Positions 1-8,502 of a stretch of DNA of 64,000 nt are shown here, piece by piece. The translations under genes were made by a program, and so were the position numbers. The stretch is from Dehalococcoidia bacterium (GTDB lineage Bacteria; Chloroflexota; Dehalococcoidia; Lucifugimonadales; Lucifugimonadaceae). The stretch's first letter is position 1, and the number at the start of each line of letters is the position of its first letter. The notes beneath the pieces were generated by a model. That model was not told the DNA's origin. It ran no database searches and was given only the letters and a program-made list of their open reading frames with translations. The stretch spans positions 5,506 to 69,505 of the forward strand of contig JBDQHW010000011.1 in NCBI GenBank assembly GCA_040264655.1, written 5' to 3'.

Positions 1-744
1 TCCAACAGCAATTCCGTAAATACCGAGGGTCATCGTGCTAATTGCCGTGTAGGCAAGTCCACGACGAGCAACCATACGGAGTTCCATCATTCGATATCGA
101 GTCAACGCCCACGTCGTGATTAGAGCGAATCCGATGTTCCCTAGAACACCCATCGGGTAGATGTCGAGCCCTAGTGAAGGAATGAAGTCGCTGGTAGCAC
201 CCAGTAGAGATACGATCGCTCCGAGACGAAGCAGTCGTAGCTGGTTCGCTCGACGAGAGTGAGCGTTCTTGAGAGCCTTGCCGATGTCCCAAATTGCGAG
301 GGCAACGGGCGGGTACGAGGTAATAATGATGAGCGAGAAGAACGGTGTTAGTACCGGAGCGAATCCGTAGAACTTCTCAACCATTCCATCGATCGTAATT
401 CCGAGCAATGACAGCACAGCGGTGACCATGCCGAGTCCGTAGAAACTAAGGAGGACTCCCTTGTGTCGTTTGACTCCTGCGAACGCGTACACAAAGTGGT
501 AGAAGAAAATGCTTGTGAACGGAATTGCGGCGAGAGCTATCTTTTCGATAGTGAACGCCCGACTGGCGTCTGGGAACGCATCCCGCATGAGGAAGATGGT
601 GATTCCCCATGTTCCTAAGGCGACAAGGAAAGCCGTGAATATCCGGTTGAGCCTGTCGCTTGGTGCGCTGAGCAGAACAACACTCACCAACAAAATGCTG
701 ATGATGAACTGCACCATTGGAAGGAATATGTAGATTTCGTTCAT
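1..744 (-). CDS. Membrane sensor with N-terminal 7TM (HisKA_7TM-like) domain; 5' part only, runs off window start
   Basis: Not in the ORF track. Manual translation from ATG at 744 is open to base 1: MNEIYIFLPMVQFIISILLVSVVLLSAPSDRLNRIFTAFLVALGTWGITIFLMRD...IPSLGLDIYPMGVLGNIGFALITTWALTRYRMMELRMVARRGLAYTAISTMTLGIYG. It has seven or more hydrophobic helices and the N-term 'LNRIF..FL..L..W' and late 'YP.G...A..RYR...L....RR.L.Y' patterns of HisKA_7TM sensors. The output domain lies outside the window. Confidence 0.8.
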   Translation of the reverse strand, partial: MNEIYIFLPMVQFIISILLVSVVLLSAPSDRLNRIFTAFLVALGTWGITIFLMRDAFPDASRAFTIEKIALAAIPFTSIFFYHFVYAFAGVKRHKGVLLSFYGLGMVTAVLSLLGITIDGMVEKFYGFAPVLTPFFSLIIITSYPPVALAIWDIGKALKNAHSRRANQLRLLRLGAIVSLLGATSDFIPSLGLDIYPMGVLGNIGFALITTWALTRYRMMELRMVARRGLAYTAISTMTLGIYGIAVG

Positions 745-759
745 ATGATCGATGCTCTA

Positions 760-2409
760 CTACGAAGCTATCAGCTCGTTAGGCTTAGCCAGTTTCACCA
801 GATCAGTCACGTCGGCCTCTGTCGAATTCATCCTCGGTGGAACAAGATCGTGAAGCTGAAGTCCCTGTTTCAGGCGGTCGTCGTAAAACCTGTCCCAGGT
901 ACCAGAAGGTAACAGAGTGATTTCGAGAGGGCGAATTCCGAGCATGTCTTCAAGGTCGCGATAGAAGTCATCCTCGTCACGTAGAGCTGAGTGAATTTTG
1001 TCTTCAGCTTCTGACTGTTCTATAGCTTCATTTGCCTCGGCGTAGAGGTGAAGAACCGGTTTACCATTTCTGCTTTCAGTCCTGGCTGTCCATGATCCGA
1101 TCGCTAGACCGGTTCCTTCGACTGCTTGCCACATGGTCTTCTCGTCGATACGAGTAAACCCAGCAATGTCGAGCCGATCATCAGATCTACCCAAGAACTC
1201 AAATTCTGGCAGGCTATTTGCGTCAGAACCAGCAGATTTATCAAGGAACCGAACTTGATGACCTAGTCGGTATCGTACGAACGGCATTCCGTAGAAGCTT
1301 GAGATTACGACTTCGTACATTTCACCTGGAACAACTTCGTTCATTAGGTGAGTCTTGCCGTTGTACGAAGAATCCTTCTCCATTTTTACGGCTTCCGAAG
1401 CAGGAAGGAATTCAACGTAGTTCATATAAGGGTTGAACACCATTCCATCGGAATCGCGCCCCTGAACACCCATGACTCCGCCTTCAGTACAGGCGTAAAT
1501 CTCACGTGGTGACATGCCCCAGTGACCTTCGACACGATCACGGAAGATCGGAGTGTCGACTCCCCAACCGATGATTCCTTTGGCATCCCAAACGTCACCA
1601 GCGCGAGCCTTGCGACCACTGACCGCAGCTTTCAACATCGCTCCAACAAGTTTGAGCTTTCCTCGCCAGCTGAGCTTCGCACGACCTTCACGATTGCTCT
1701 TTGTTTTCTTCTTACGAGATAGAGATTCGCTGAACTGTTCGCCAGCGCTAACTAGAACCGAGGTCATGGAAATGATCAGATCAACTTTTCGTTCCATGGC
1801 AGTTTCGAAGTTGGTTCGAATCTTAGTTTTGAACTCCATGTGCTCAGCAACCGCTGGCTCAAGCACACCTTTCAGTCCAAATCGTCGTTCCATACCGAAC
1901 GCCGCAAAACCAGAAAGGTAGGGGCGAGGTGGAACGTTGTACATGATCGAAGAGCCTGGGCCGATTCGAACATCACCCGGTTCTCGCGCAGTTGAAAGTA
2001 AGAACGCGCCCATCAGGTTGTCGAGCATCCGTGTGTAGGCACGTCGGGTGTAAGGGACATACTTGTAGCGCGCTTGTGCCCCAGTCGTGTGGGCCCACAT
2101 GTATTCAAATGCAGGTAAGTCTTGGCGTGCGCTTGGGTCAAGATTCTTGGTGTAATCAGCGTAAGTCGTTAGCGGAACAGTCTCTCGAAATTCTTCGACT
2201 GTGCTTGGTTTCGTCATTCGAAGCAGGCGAGCGCCAAGCTTGCTCGCACCGATAGTTCGGACCTGTTCAACCAGCAGCTGTCCTTGAATCTCACAAAACT
2301 GATCAACAGTGAGATTACGGAATCCGGTGAAGCGTTCCCATGCAGTGTCCTGATCCCAGTTGGCTACTGGTACCTGCATTTGAGAATTGAGTTCTGCTGT
2401 CGAAAGCAT
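760..2409 (-). CDS. GH3 auxin-responsive promoter family protein (acyl-acid amido synthetase-like, ANL superfamily)
   Basis: 549 aa. Motifs 'EEFRETVPLTTYADY', 'HTTG..YKYVPYT', 'YACTEGG', 'GEMYEVVIS..G..RYRLG', 'EFLGR' match GH3 family architecture. Confidence 0.85.
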   Translation of the reverse strand: MLSTAELNSQMQVPVANWDQDTAWERFTGFRNLTVDQFCEIQGQLLVEQVRTIGASKLGARLLRMTKPSTVEEFRETVPLTTYADYTKNLDPSARQDLPAFEYMWAHTTGAQARYKYVPYTRRAYTRMLDNLMGAFLLSTAREPGDVRIGPGSSIMYNVPPRPYLSGFAAFGMERRFGLKGVLEPAVAEHMEFKTKIRTNFETAMERKVDLIISMTSVLVSAGEQFSESLSRKKKTKSNREGRAKLSWRGKLKLVGAMLKAAVSGRKARAGDVWDAKGIIGWGVDTPIFRDRVEGHWGMSPREIYACTEGGVMGVQGRDSDGMVFNPYMNYVEFLPASEAVKMEKDSSYNGKTHLMNEVVPGEMYEVVISSFYGMPFVRYRLGHQVRFLDKSAGSDANSLPEFEFLGRSDDRLDIAGFTRIDEKTMWQAVEGTGLAIGSWTARTESRNGKPVLHLYAEANEAIEQSEAEDKIHSALRDEDDFYRDLEDMLGIRPLEITLLPSGTWDRFYDDRLKQGLQLHDLVPPRMNSTEADVTDLVKLAKPNELIAS

Positions 2410-2535
2410 GAATGACCGCTGATTATTCTGAGCTAGTTGCTCGTCGAGAAACCTATTCCACTTTGAAATCGTTGAGATGCTACGCCGACGCTGGCGCGTT
2501 ATGCGCCACTTTTAAGTGTTGATCGGGTAAGCGGG

Positions 2536-2576
2536 ATGGTGGGGAAAAGGTGTGCGGAAGGTTTGCCTAAGTTAGG
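2536..2576. promoter_or_regulatory. 11-bp-period direct-repeat array upstream of the GH3 gene (candidate OmpR-family operator)
   Basis: ATGGTGGG(2536), AAGGTGTG(2547), AAGGTTTG(2558), AAGTTAGG(2569), exactly 11 bp apart. Confidence 0.6.
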
Positions 2577-2596
2577 CAGTGATTTCTTGCCACCGA

Positions 2597-3304
2597 TTAG
2601 AGGACTTCGCTGACGTAGCGATATCCGACACCGCGTTCGTTGACGATTCCCGACTCAGAAGTAGGGTCGTCTTTGAGCTTTTCACGCAGGGTTCTAATGT
2701 GAGTTTTGATGTAACCCGTGGCGTCGGTGTATTCCTCACCCCAACCTGCTCTGAGCAGTTCTTCGTGAGTTACTACTCGGTTCGCATTTCGGAGCAAAAA
2801 CTCAAGCAAGCTAAACTCGGTCGGAGTTAGTCGGGCGGTTTCGCCATCAACCGTTACCGACCGTCGATCGAAGTCGACTTCCAAACGGGAGTCTGCATAT
2901 GAGGATTCTGGTGCAGCACCTTGGGTCCTACGGAGTACTGCCTGAAGTCGGGCAAGAAACTGCAAGTGACTGAACGGCTTGGTTATGTAGTCGTCTGCAC
3001 CAGCGTTCAAGCCTTTAACGATGTCGATTTCGCGGTCCCTCGCCGTCAGCATCACAATAGGGATCGACGATTCGGCTCGCAGTTTTTCACAAACTTCGAG
3101 GCCATCAATATCTGGTAGTCCCAGATCAAGAATTACAACGTCAGGAGAGTGTTCACGGGCCAGGTCCAACCCGGTCAATCCATCGGCCGCCGTGTAGACA
3201 GAAGATTTCGGCCAATTCAGTTCAATGGCGAGTGAAACCATATCCTGGATACCAGGATCATCGTCAACGATCAGCGCGGATATGACTCTGTCGGACTGCT
3301 GCAA
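2597..3304 (-). CDS. OmpR/PhoB-family DNA-binding response regulator
   Basis: REC domain (VDDD, LDLGLP phospho-Asp, LTA, ADDYITKPF) plus winged helix (LTPTEF.LL, RGVGYR). TTG start. Confidence 0.95.
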   Translation of the reverse strand: MQQSDRVISALIVDDDPGIQDMVSLAIELNWPKSSVYTAADGLTGLDLAREHSPDVVILDLGLPDIDGLEVCEKLRAESSIPIVMLTARDREIDIVKGLNAGADDYITKPFSHLQFLARLQAVLRRTQGAAPESSYADSRLEVDFDRRSVTVDGETARLTPTEFSLLEFLLRNANRVVTHEELLRAGWGEEYTDATGYIKTHIRTLREKLKDDPTSESGIVNERGVGYRYVSEVL

Positions 3305-3566
3305 ATGTTACCGATCTCCAGTTCTTTGTTGATTGAAAGACGAGAGTACTCGTAGTGAGTGAACAAGGGAAGTGTGATCTGATTCTTGCGCACATGTTGT
3401 TAAAACAGGGGGAAGAATACCAAAAACTCTTCTAGACGAATGACACCCTATCCCAAGTTCGTAACCAACTGCCTGAAAAACGTCTTTATTATCCTCAATA
3501 TCGCATTGATCCTTCTAGCTCACTAATTTGAGCCTCCATCTTGTGACACAATCCGAGAATTGGTGA

Positions 3567-3596
3567 AGGATGTGTGACAGGTGTGCTGAAGGTGTG
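3567..3596. promoter_or_regulatory. 11-bp-period direct-repeat array in the divergent regulator/secreted-protein promoter region
   Basis: AGGATGTG(3567), CAGGTGTG(3578), AAGGTGTG(3589). Same motif and same orientation as the array at 2536-2576. Confidence 0.6.
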
Positions 3597-3667
3597 ATCC
3601 AACACCCGAGCAAAGCAACTATCAGTTCTTAATCCGGCTGACCTGGTAGTTACTGGAGACATTAGTA

Positions 3668-4600
3668 ATGTTGGGCAAGAGATTGATATATAAACGTGGA
3701 GTGACGATCGCTATAGCGGTTATCGCCCTCATGACGCTGACCGCCGGAGTGGCTGCAGCGGCTTCTGCAAAAGCGAAGAATGTCGAAGTTGATGGCGGAA
3801 TTGGGCTAGTTACGCTCGATCTCGGCAGCACGGTGAACTCTAAGTTCAAGACCGATAAGGCAACGGGTGCAATCAAGTCGGTTCAGATCAAAACTGGTGG
3901 CGAACTGATATTTGGTCAGCTCGGTCTAGTTGATCTCCTTACATGTGTAGAAAAAGGCAAACACAGCGATGGCGCGTGTTTGATGGCTGATGCAGCTCTT
4001 TCTGGTGCTGGTATCCAAAGCTCTCACAACTCCACTGCAAGACTCAACGACATCGTCTATCAAGACCAGTATGTTCTTGTCGGGTCACTCAAAGGCTCTC
4101 TTAAAGCGGACCTGCAGGTTTCGTCGTTGACTGGTGATGTTTTGACGGGGAAGACAAAACTGAAAATAGCAAGTTCCGCCGCTCCTTCAACGTACGTATG
4201 TATCTACGGAGTCGATCCGAGCCAGAATCCTGTTCAGGCTCCATTGCAGGCTTGTCAGGATGCTAAAGGCAAACAGGAGCTGGGCGTATACGTAGTAACG
4301 CCGTTAGGTCCGGTTTACATCGACCCTGCAACAGGACTGCCTGACCCGGATTCGAAAGCTGGTCCGATTTTGGTTCCAGTTGACCTCCATGTCCTCGATA
4401 CTGGCACCTTTAGTGTGAGCAGTTCGTCGGCAAAGATTAAAGGCAAGATTGCTGTCTCAGTAGACACGAATCCTGTTCCAGTATCAGTGCAGGGTGTGAT
4501 TTCGATCACTGATACCCGAGCCACTTTCGCAGTGGATGAACCTGAAGACGACGACAAGCCTAAGAAGGGCAAGAAGTCGAAAAAGGGCGATGACGACTAA
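3668..4600 (+). CDS. Secreted hypothetical protein (signal peptide, beta-rich, Lys/Asp-rich C-tail)
   Basis: 310 aa ORF. Basic N-region, hydrophobic stretch and AxA site. Four Cys. Ends EDDDKPKKGKKSKKGDDD. Followed by a terminator. Confidence 0.75.
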   Translation: MLGKRLIYKRGVTIAIAVIALMTLTAGVAAAASAKAKNVEVDGGIGLVTLDLGSTVNSKFKTDKATGAIKSVQIKTGGELIFGQLGLVDLLTCVEKGKHSDGACLMADAALSGAGIQSSHNSTARLNDIVYQDQYVLVGSLKGSLKADLQVSSLTGDVLTGKTKLKIASSAAPSTYVCIYGVDPSQNPVQAPLQACQDAKGKQELGVYVVTPLGPVYIDPATGLPDPDSKAGPILVPVDLHVLDTGTFSVSSSSAKIKGKIAVSVDTNPVPVSVQGVISITDTRATFAVDEPEDDDKPKKGKKSKKGDDD

Positions 4601-4628
4601 ATAGTCGATCGCTTTACATTGCAAAACT

Positions 4629-4667
4629 AAAAGCCTCCAGAAACACATCGTTTCTGGAGGCTTTTTT
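4629..4667. terminator. Bidirectional rho-independent terminator
   Basis: AAAAGCCTCCAGAAAC-acatc-GTTTCTGGAGGCTTTTTT between convergent genes. Confidence 0.85.
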
Positions 4668-4699
4668 GTTGAGGCGAAATCAAACGAGTCGGATGCAAC

Positions 4700-5440
4700 T
4701 TACTCTGGGCTTTCGTCTTTGTCGACATTTGGTGGATTCTGTACAAATTGCCGGATTGCCTCGGCAAGTTCGTCCACGTTCGTGACATCTGCGTGTGGTG
4801 CTTCGTTCCACGAACGGGGCTGTTGATTGGCGTGCCGACCCGATACGAAACGTATCGCTGCCATGCCGAGCATCCGGGCAGGAACTATATCGTTGTCGAT
4901 GCGATCACCGATCATGATCACCTCGTTCGGCTGAACTCCTAGCCCCTGGCACGAGTGGAGTAGCAAACGCGGATCTGGCTTACGCAGCATGATCGATCCG
5001 GAAACTTCCTTATACGAGAAGTTTTCGAGAATCCCATGCTTCTCCATATTTTGCAGAGCAACAGTCGGTTGATTCGCCGCTAGTCCCAATAACAGACCTT
5101 GGCTGGAGAGCTCGGCCAGCAAATCTCCAATACCATCACGTAGCTCAAAATCACCACGGGCTTCATTGCGCTGAGGTACTGTCTCCATTAGCTCAGATTC
5201 GACCCGTGTGATTAGTTTCATATCGCCGTCGGCGATTTTCCACATGATCGAGTGGTACGTTTTTGGCGCGAACACATCGACTGCCCACCGGTTGACCGCC
5301 GCATATTCGTCATCCGATATCGCTACACCGTTTGATCTGAACGAGGCGATGATCTGTTCGTCGATCAAACGATCCATAATCGTCTCTGTATCGAGTGGAC
5401 CGCCAACGTCGAATAGAACGGCTTTGATCTCGTGAGGCAT
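4700..5440 (-). CDS. HAD-superfamily hydrolase
   Basis: Motif I 'LFDVGGPLD', 'RKPDP', motif IV 'IGDRIDNDI'. Confidence 0.9.
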   Translation of the reverse strand: MPHEIKAVLFDVGGPLDTETIMDRLIDEQIIASFRSNGVAISDDEYAAVNRWAVDVFAPKTYHSIMWKIADGDMKLITRVESELMETVPQRNEARGDFELRDGIGDLLAELSSQGLLLGLAANQPTVALQNMEKHGILENFSYKEVSGSIMLRKPDPRLLLHSCQGLGVQPNEVIMIGDRIDNDIVPARMLGMAAIRFVSGRHANQQPRSWNEAPHADVTNVDELAEAIRQFVQNPPNVDKDESPE

Positions 5441-5443
5441 CGA

Positions 5444-6367
5444 TTAGACCAAGTACTTCTTGGCGACCTTCGCAACGTATGTGTAACTTGGGTTCACGAA
5501 CTGCGTTACTCGGGCTTTGAGACATTGTGAGAGGAATATGTACGCTTCGCCTTGCGTCATCCCGTAGGAAGCCTCGAGCCACAAGATCATCTCGGATAGG
5601 GCGATACGGAATGCATCTTCAGCAGGCTTTTCGCAAGCAGTGGTCATGATGTAATCGTCGTTCTCGATACGTGGCCAGGTCATCTCTTCTGGCTTTTTGC
5701 TCAGCGAAACTTGCAGCGTGACTTTTCCGCCTGTTTCAATTCCACCGCCACCGCAGATTTCACCATCACCCTGGCGTGCGTGCATGTCACCGACGTGAAG
5801 CAGCGCACCTTCGTGGTTTACAGGAATGCTGAGCTTCGCTCCGTTGGTCACTTCCTGGATGTCGAAGTTGCCACCCCATTCTCCAGCCCAACCGTTGTGG
5901 CGAGCTTCTCGTTCAGGTGCGACTCCGATTACACCCATCATCGGTTCTACCGGGAATCGAAGCTTGTCATTCCAGATGATCTCGTCGTTTTCGATGCGAC
6001 AGATGCGGAACTGTTCGCCGATGTTCGATGGTCCGAGGTAGCCAGGCATTGCGCCGGTCGATCCGCGATATCGAGTCCAGCCAACTGGGTGAACTTTGAT
6101 CTCGCCTACCTCGACGGTTAGGAGATCTCCAGGCTTTGCACCTTCGACGTAAATACAACCGGATGAAGCGTTTCCGCGATCGTTCGGTTGACTGTCAGAT
6201 CGGTACTGGTTGTACAGATCGCGAATATCGTCGGGGACTCGATCGGCGTCGGGGCCACGATTCATCTGCGTTTCCACTTCAAACCACTCGTTTGGCTTGA
6301 CTGTGAGCGTCACGGGGTTGCTGGCCGAGTGTTCGTAGTAGAGAGTTTCTGTCGTAGCTTTCAGCAT
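5444..6367 (-). CDS. Acetamidase/formamidase family protein
   Basis: 'IYVEGAKPGDLL.V', 'PMMGVIGVAP', 'GGNFD', 'GDMHARQGDGEICG..IE'. Start placed at ATG 6367; the ORF track extends to 6445. Confidence 0.9.
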   Translation of the reverse strand: MLKATTETLYYEHSASNPVTLTVKPNEWFEVETQMNRGPDADRVPDDIRDLYNQYRSDSQPNDRGNASSGCIYVEGAKPGDLLTVEVGEIKVHPVGWTRYRGSTGAMPGYLGPSNIGEQFRICRIENDEIIWNDKLRFPVEPMMGVIGVAPEREARHNGWAGEWGGNFDIQEVTNGAKLSIPVNHEGALLHVGDMHARQGDGEICGGGGIETGGKVTLQVSLSKKPEEMTWPRIENDDYIMTTACEKPAEDAFRIALSEMILWLEASYGMTQGEAYIFLSQCLKARVTQFVNPSYTYVAKVAKKYLV

Positions 6368-6474
6368 GGTGTCGTTACCGCAGTCCTGAATAGATAGTGA
6401 TTCGATGATCAGGAGTGTAATGCCGCAATACAGTTGTGCAACCAACGGATTTCAGGAATCGAACAAAATTAGGC

Positions 6475-6504
6475 AAAAAAAGACCCGAGGAAATTCCTCG
6501 GGTC
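6475..6504 (-). terminator. Rho-independent terminator after coiled-coil gene
   Basis: GACCCGAGGA/TCCTCGGGTC stem with a U-tract on the minus strand. Confidence 0.8.
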
Positions 6505-6530
6505 CCTTAACTATTTAAGTAATGAGCTAT

Positions 6531-7259
6531 CTACGCTGCTTTGCGAGCTGAAGCCGATTTAGAGGATCGCTTCTTTGTAGCGGTAGCTTTCTTGCGTGGT
6601 ACAGCAGTCAGTGCAACTGGTGCTTCCGACGATTCACGGGATACTTCTGCATTTAGACCCACAGAGAACGCACGTACTCGCGCTGTCTCTGTAAGCAATC
6701 GCTGAGCTTCGAGTTCATCTTCAGCAGATGCTCGTGCGACTTCGATGTCGGTGAGAACCTTTCGAATATCCTCTGCCGATTCACTTCGCATGCGGTTGGC
6801 GAGTTCTTCAGCACCCATTCGAGTCTGATCCATCAGAGTGTCAGATGCACTGCGGCTCGTAGCTTCGAGTTTCTCAGCATATGCTCTGGCACTCTGGCGT
6901 TTTCGGGCAGCATCATCAAGACGGAACTGAATTTCTTCTTCCATTGAAGCTGCCCACTCTGCAGCGTCGGAACGGATTCGTTCTGCCTTAGCGAGGGTCT
7001 GCCCAGCGCGTTGCAGCATGTCGTCTGCCTCGGCTCGGGCGTTGGAGCAGTAGTTCTTAGTAGAAGTTATAGCTTCCGATTCAGCTTCGGCGCGTACTGC
7101 CTGAGCTTGCGCAAGACGCTTCTGCGACTTGACTCGTTCGTTGTTTCCAAGATCTCGGAAAGCGAGAGCTTCTCGCCATGCCGCCTCTACCGATGCGTTG
7201 TCGGTAGGGAATTGATCTAGATTCGAAATTGGCGACGATGTGCGTGATCGTTTTGCCAT
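6531..7259 (-). CDS. Alanine-rich coiled-coil protein with basic C-terminal tail (paralogue B)
   Basis: 242 aa, all-helical A/E/R-rich, colinear with 7496-8269. Tail RKKATATKKRSSKSASARKAA. Confidence 0.8.
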   Translation of the reverse strand: MAKRSRTSSPISNLDQFPTDNASVEAAWREALAFRDLGNNERVKSQKRLAQAQAVRAEAESEAITSTKNYCSNARAEADDMLQRAGQTLAKAERIRSDAAEWAASMEEEIQFRLDDAARKRQSARAYAEKLEATSRSASDTLMDQTRMGAEELANRMRSESAEDIRKVLTDIEVARASAEDELEAQRLLTETARVRAFSVGLNAEVSRESSEAPVALTAVPRKKATATKKRSSKSASARKAA

Positions 7260-7495
7260 TAAATGCCTCGCTTAGGACGGTCGTGCCAGTGTCAGGTGAG
7301 CACGTAATTGATAACACTTCTACGATGCGCTGTAAGTATTGGCGGTGTGTTGGCGGATGGGCGAGAAATATTGTGTTCTAGGTTTGCTCGGTGTTTATTA
7401 GAGTTGCTTTTCAGTTCGCCTTACGAATTGGCCGTTAAACGAATCAGGGCCCTCAACCGGAGTCGAGAGCCCTGATGATTTAGCTAGGAGCTAAC

Positions 7496-8269
7496 TTACG
7501 CAGCTTTGCGGATAGAAGTTACTTTTGCCTTGCGGGCAGGTGACTTCTTAGCAACAGCTTTGCGTGGTGCAGCCTTTGCCTTAGCCTTTGCTCGTTTTAC
7601 CGGAGCTGGCTTCACTTCAGGCTTGTTGGTTCGAGCCAACTCGTCTTCTGCGTTCTCAGCGGCAAGGCCGTGTGAGAATGCTCGAACTCGAGCTGTTTCG
7701 GTAAGGATTCGCTGTGTTTCCAGTTCGTCCTCTGCTGATGCTCGGGCAACCTCAACGTCGGTGAGTATCTTTCGGATGTCTTCCGAAGTCTCACGGCGCA
7801 TTCGGCTGGCCATCTCATCGGCACCGGCTCGTGTCTGACTCATAAGAGCTTCAGCGGCAGTGCGTGCACCGTCCTGGATTTCCTCTGAGTAGGTTTCTGC
7901 GTCTTCACGAATCTTTGATGCGTTTGCAAGTTCTGTGTCGATGTTGACCTGAACGCGTGCTGCATATGAATCAGCATTGTTCTTTACACGCTCAGCTTCA
8001 ACCAAAGTATCTTCGGCTTCCTGAAGCTTCATGCGTGCCTGAGCCTGAAGCTCAGAACAAAGCTGCTTGGTGGCTGTAATAGCCTCGTTTTCCGCATATT
8101 CCTTGGCAGCTTCTGCCTCGGCGCGGCGTTTTCGAGCGGTAACTCGCTCATCCCGAGAGAGTTCTCGGAGTAGCAAAGCCTGTCGCCATGCTGCTTCAGC
8201 CGACGCGTTGTCGGTTGGCAGTGAACTCAGGCTCGCTAGCAGTGAGCTTTTCTTTGATCGCTGGGCCAT
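7496..8269 (-). CDS. Alanine-rich coiled-coil protein with histone H1-like Lys/Ala/Pro tail (paralogue A)
   Basis: Start at ATG 8269 follows a GAGGAG SD and aligns with paralogue B. Tail KPAPVKRAKAKAKAAPRKAVAKKSPARKAKVTSIRKAA. Confidence 0.8.
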   Translation of the reverse strand: MAQRSKKSSLLASLSSLPTDNASAEAAWRQALLLRELSRDERVTARKRRAEAEAAKEYAENEAITATKQLCSELQAQARMKLQEAEDTLVEAERVKNNADSYAARVQVNIDTELANASKIREDAETYSEEIQDGARTAAEALMSQTRAGADEMASRMRRETSEDIRKILTDVEVARASAEDELETQRILTETARVRAFSHGLAAENAEDELARTNKPEVKPAPVKRAKAKAKAAPRKAVAKKSPARKAKVTSIRKAA

Positions 8270-8502
8270 GATTCTCCTCATTTGAAACTAGGCACATTGG
8301 TGACGCCCCGGCCTGTTGGCGCCCCCATCGAGAGCTTTACTTGCGCGGTTCGTTATTCACACCTGACTCTTAGTACCATAGCCTTGCTCCCATCTGCGAC
8401 CCATGATGCAAACAACGTGTATGGGTAGGTGTGTGCACACAAAATCAACCGGCAGACTCGATATGCCAAGCCGGAATCGCTCGAAAGCCCTGTTCGCCGA
8501 AT

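Noticed and set aside
38-733. Track ORFs 38..292(-) and 509..733(+)
   Set aside because: Shadows of the real 7TM gene in another frame (744 to 1, minus strand).
2564-2578. Palindrome TGCCTAA-G-TTAGGCA downstream of the regulator as a terminator
   Set aside because: One-nt loop and no U-tract. It overlaps the direct-repeat array and cannot be assigned.
4700-6367. Acetamidase-HAD pair as the signal-degrading arm of the GH3 system
   Set aside because: Amide hydrolysis would fit, but the pair is separated by a bidirectional terminator and amidases are abundant in this window. Proximity is the only evidence.
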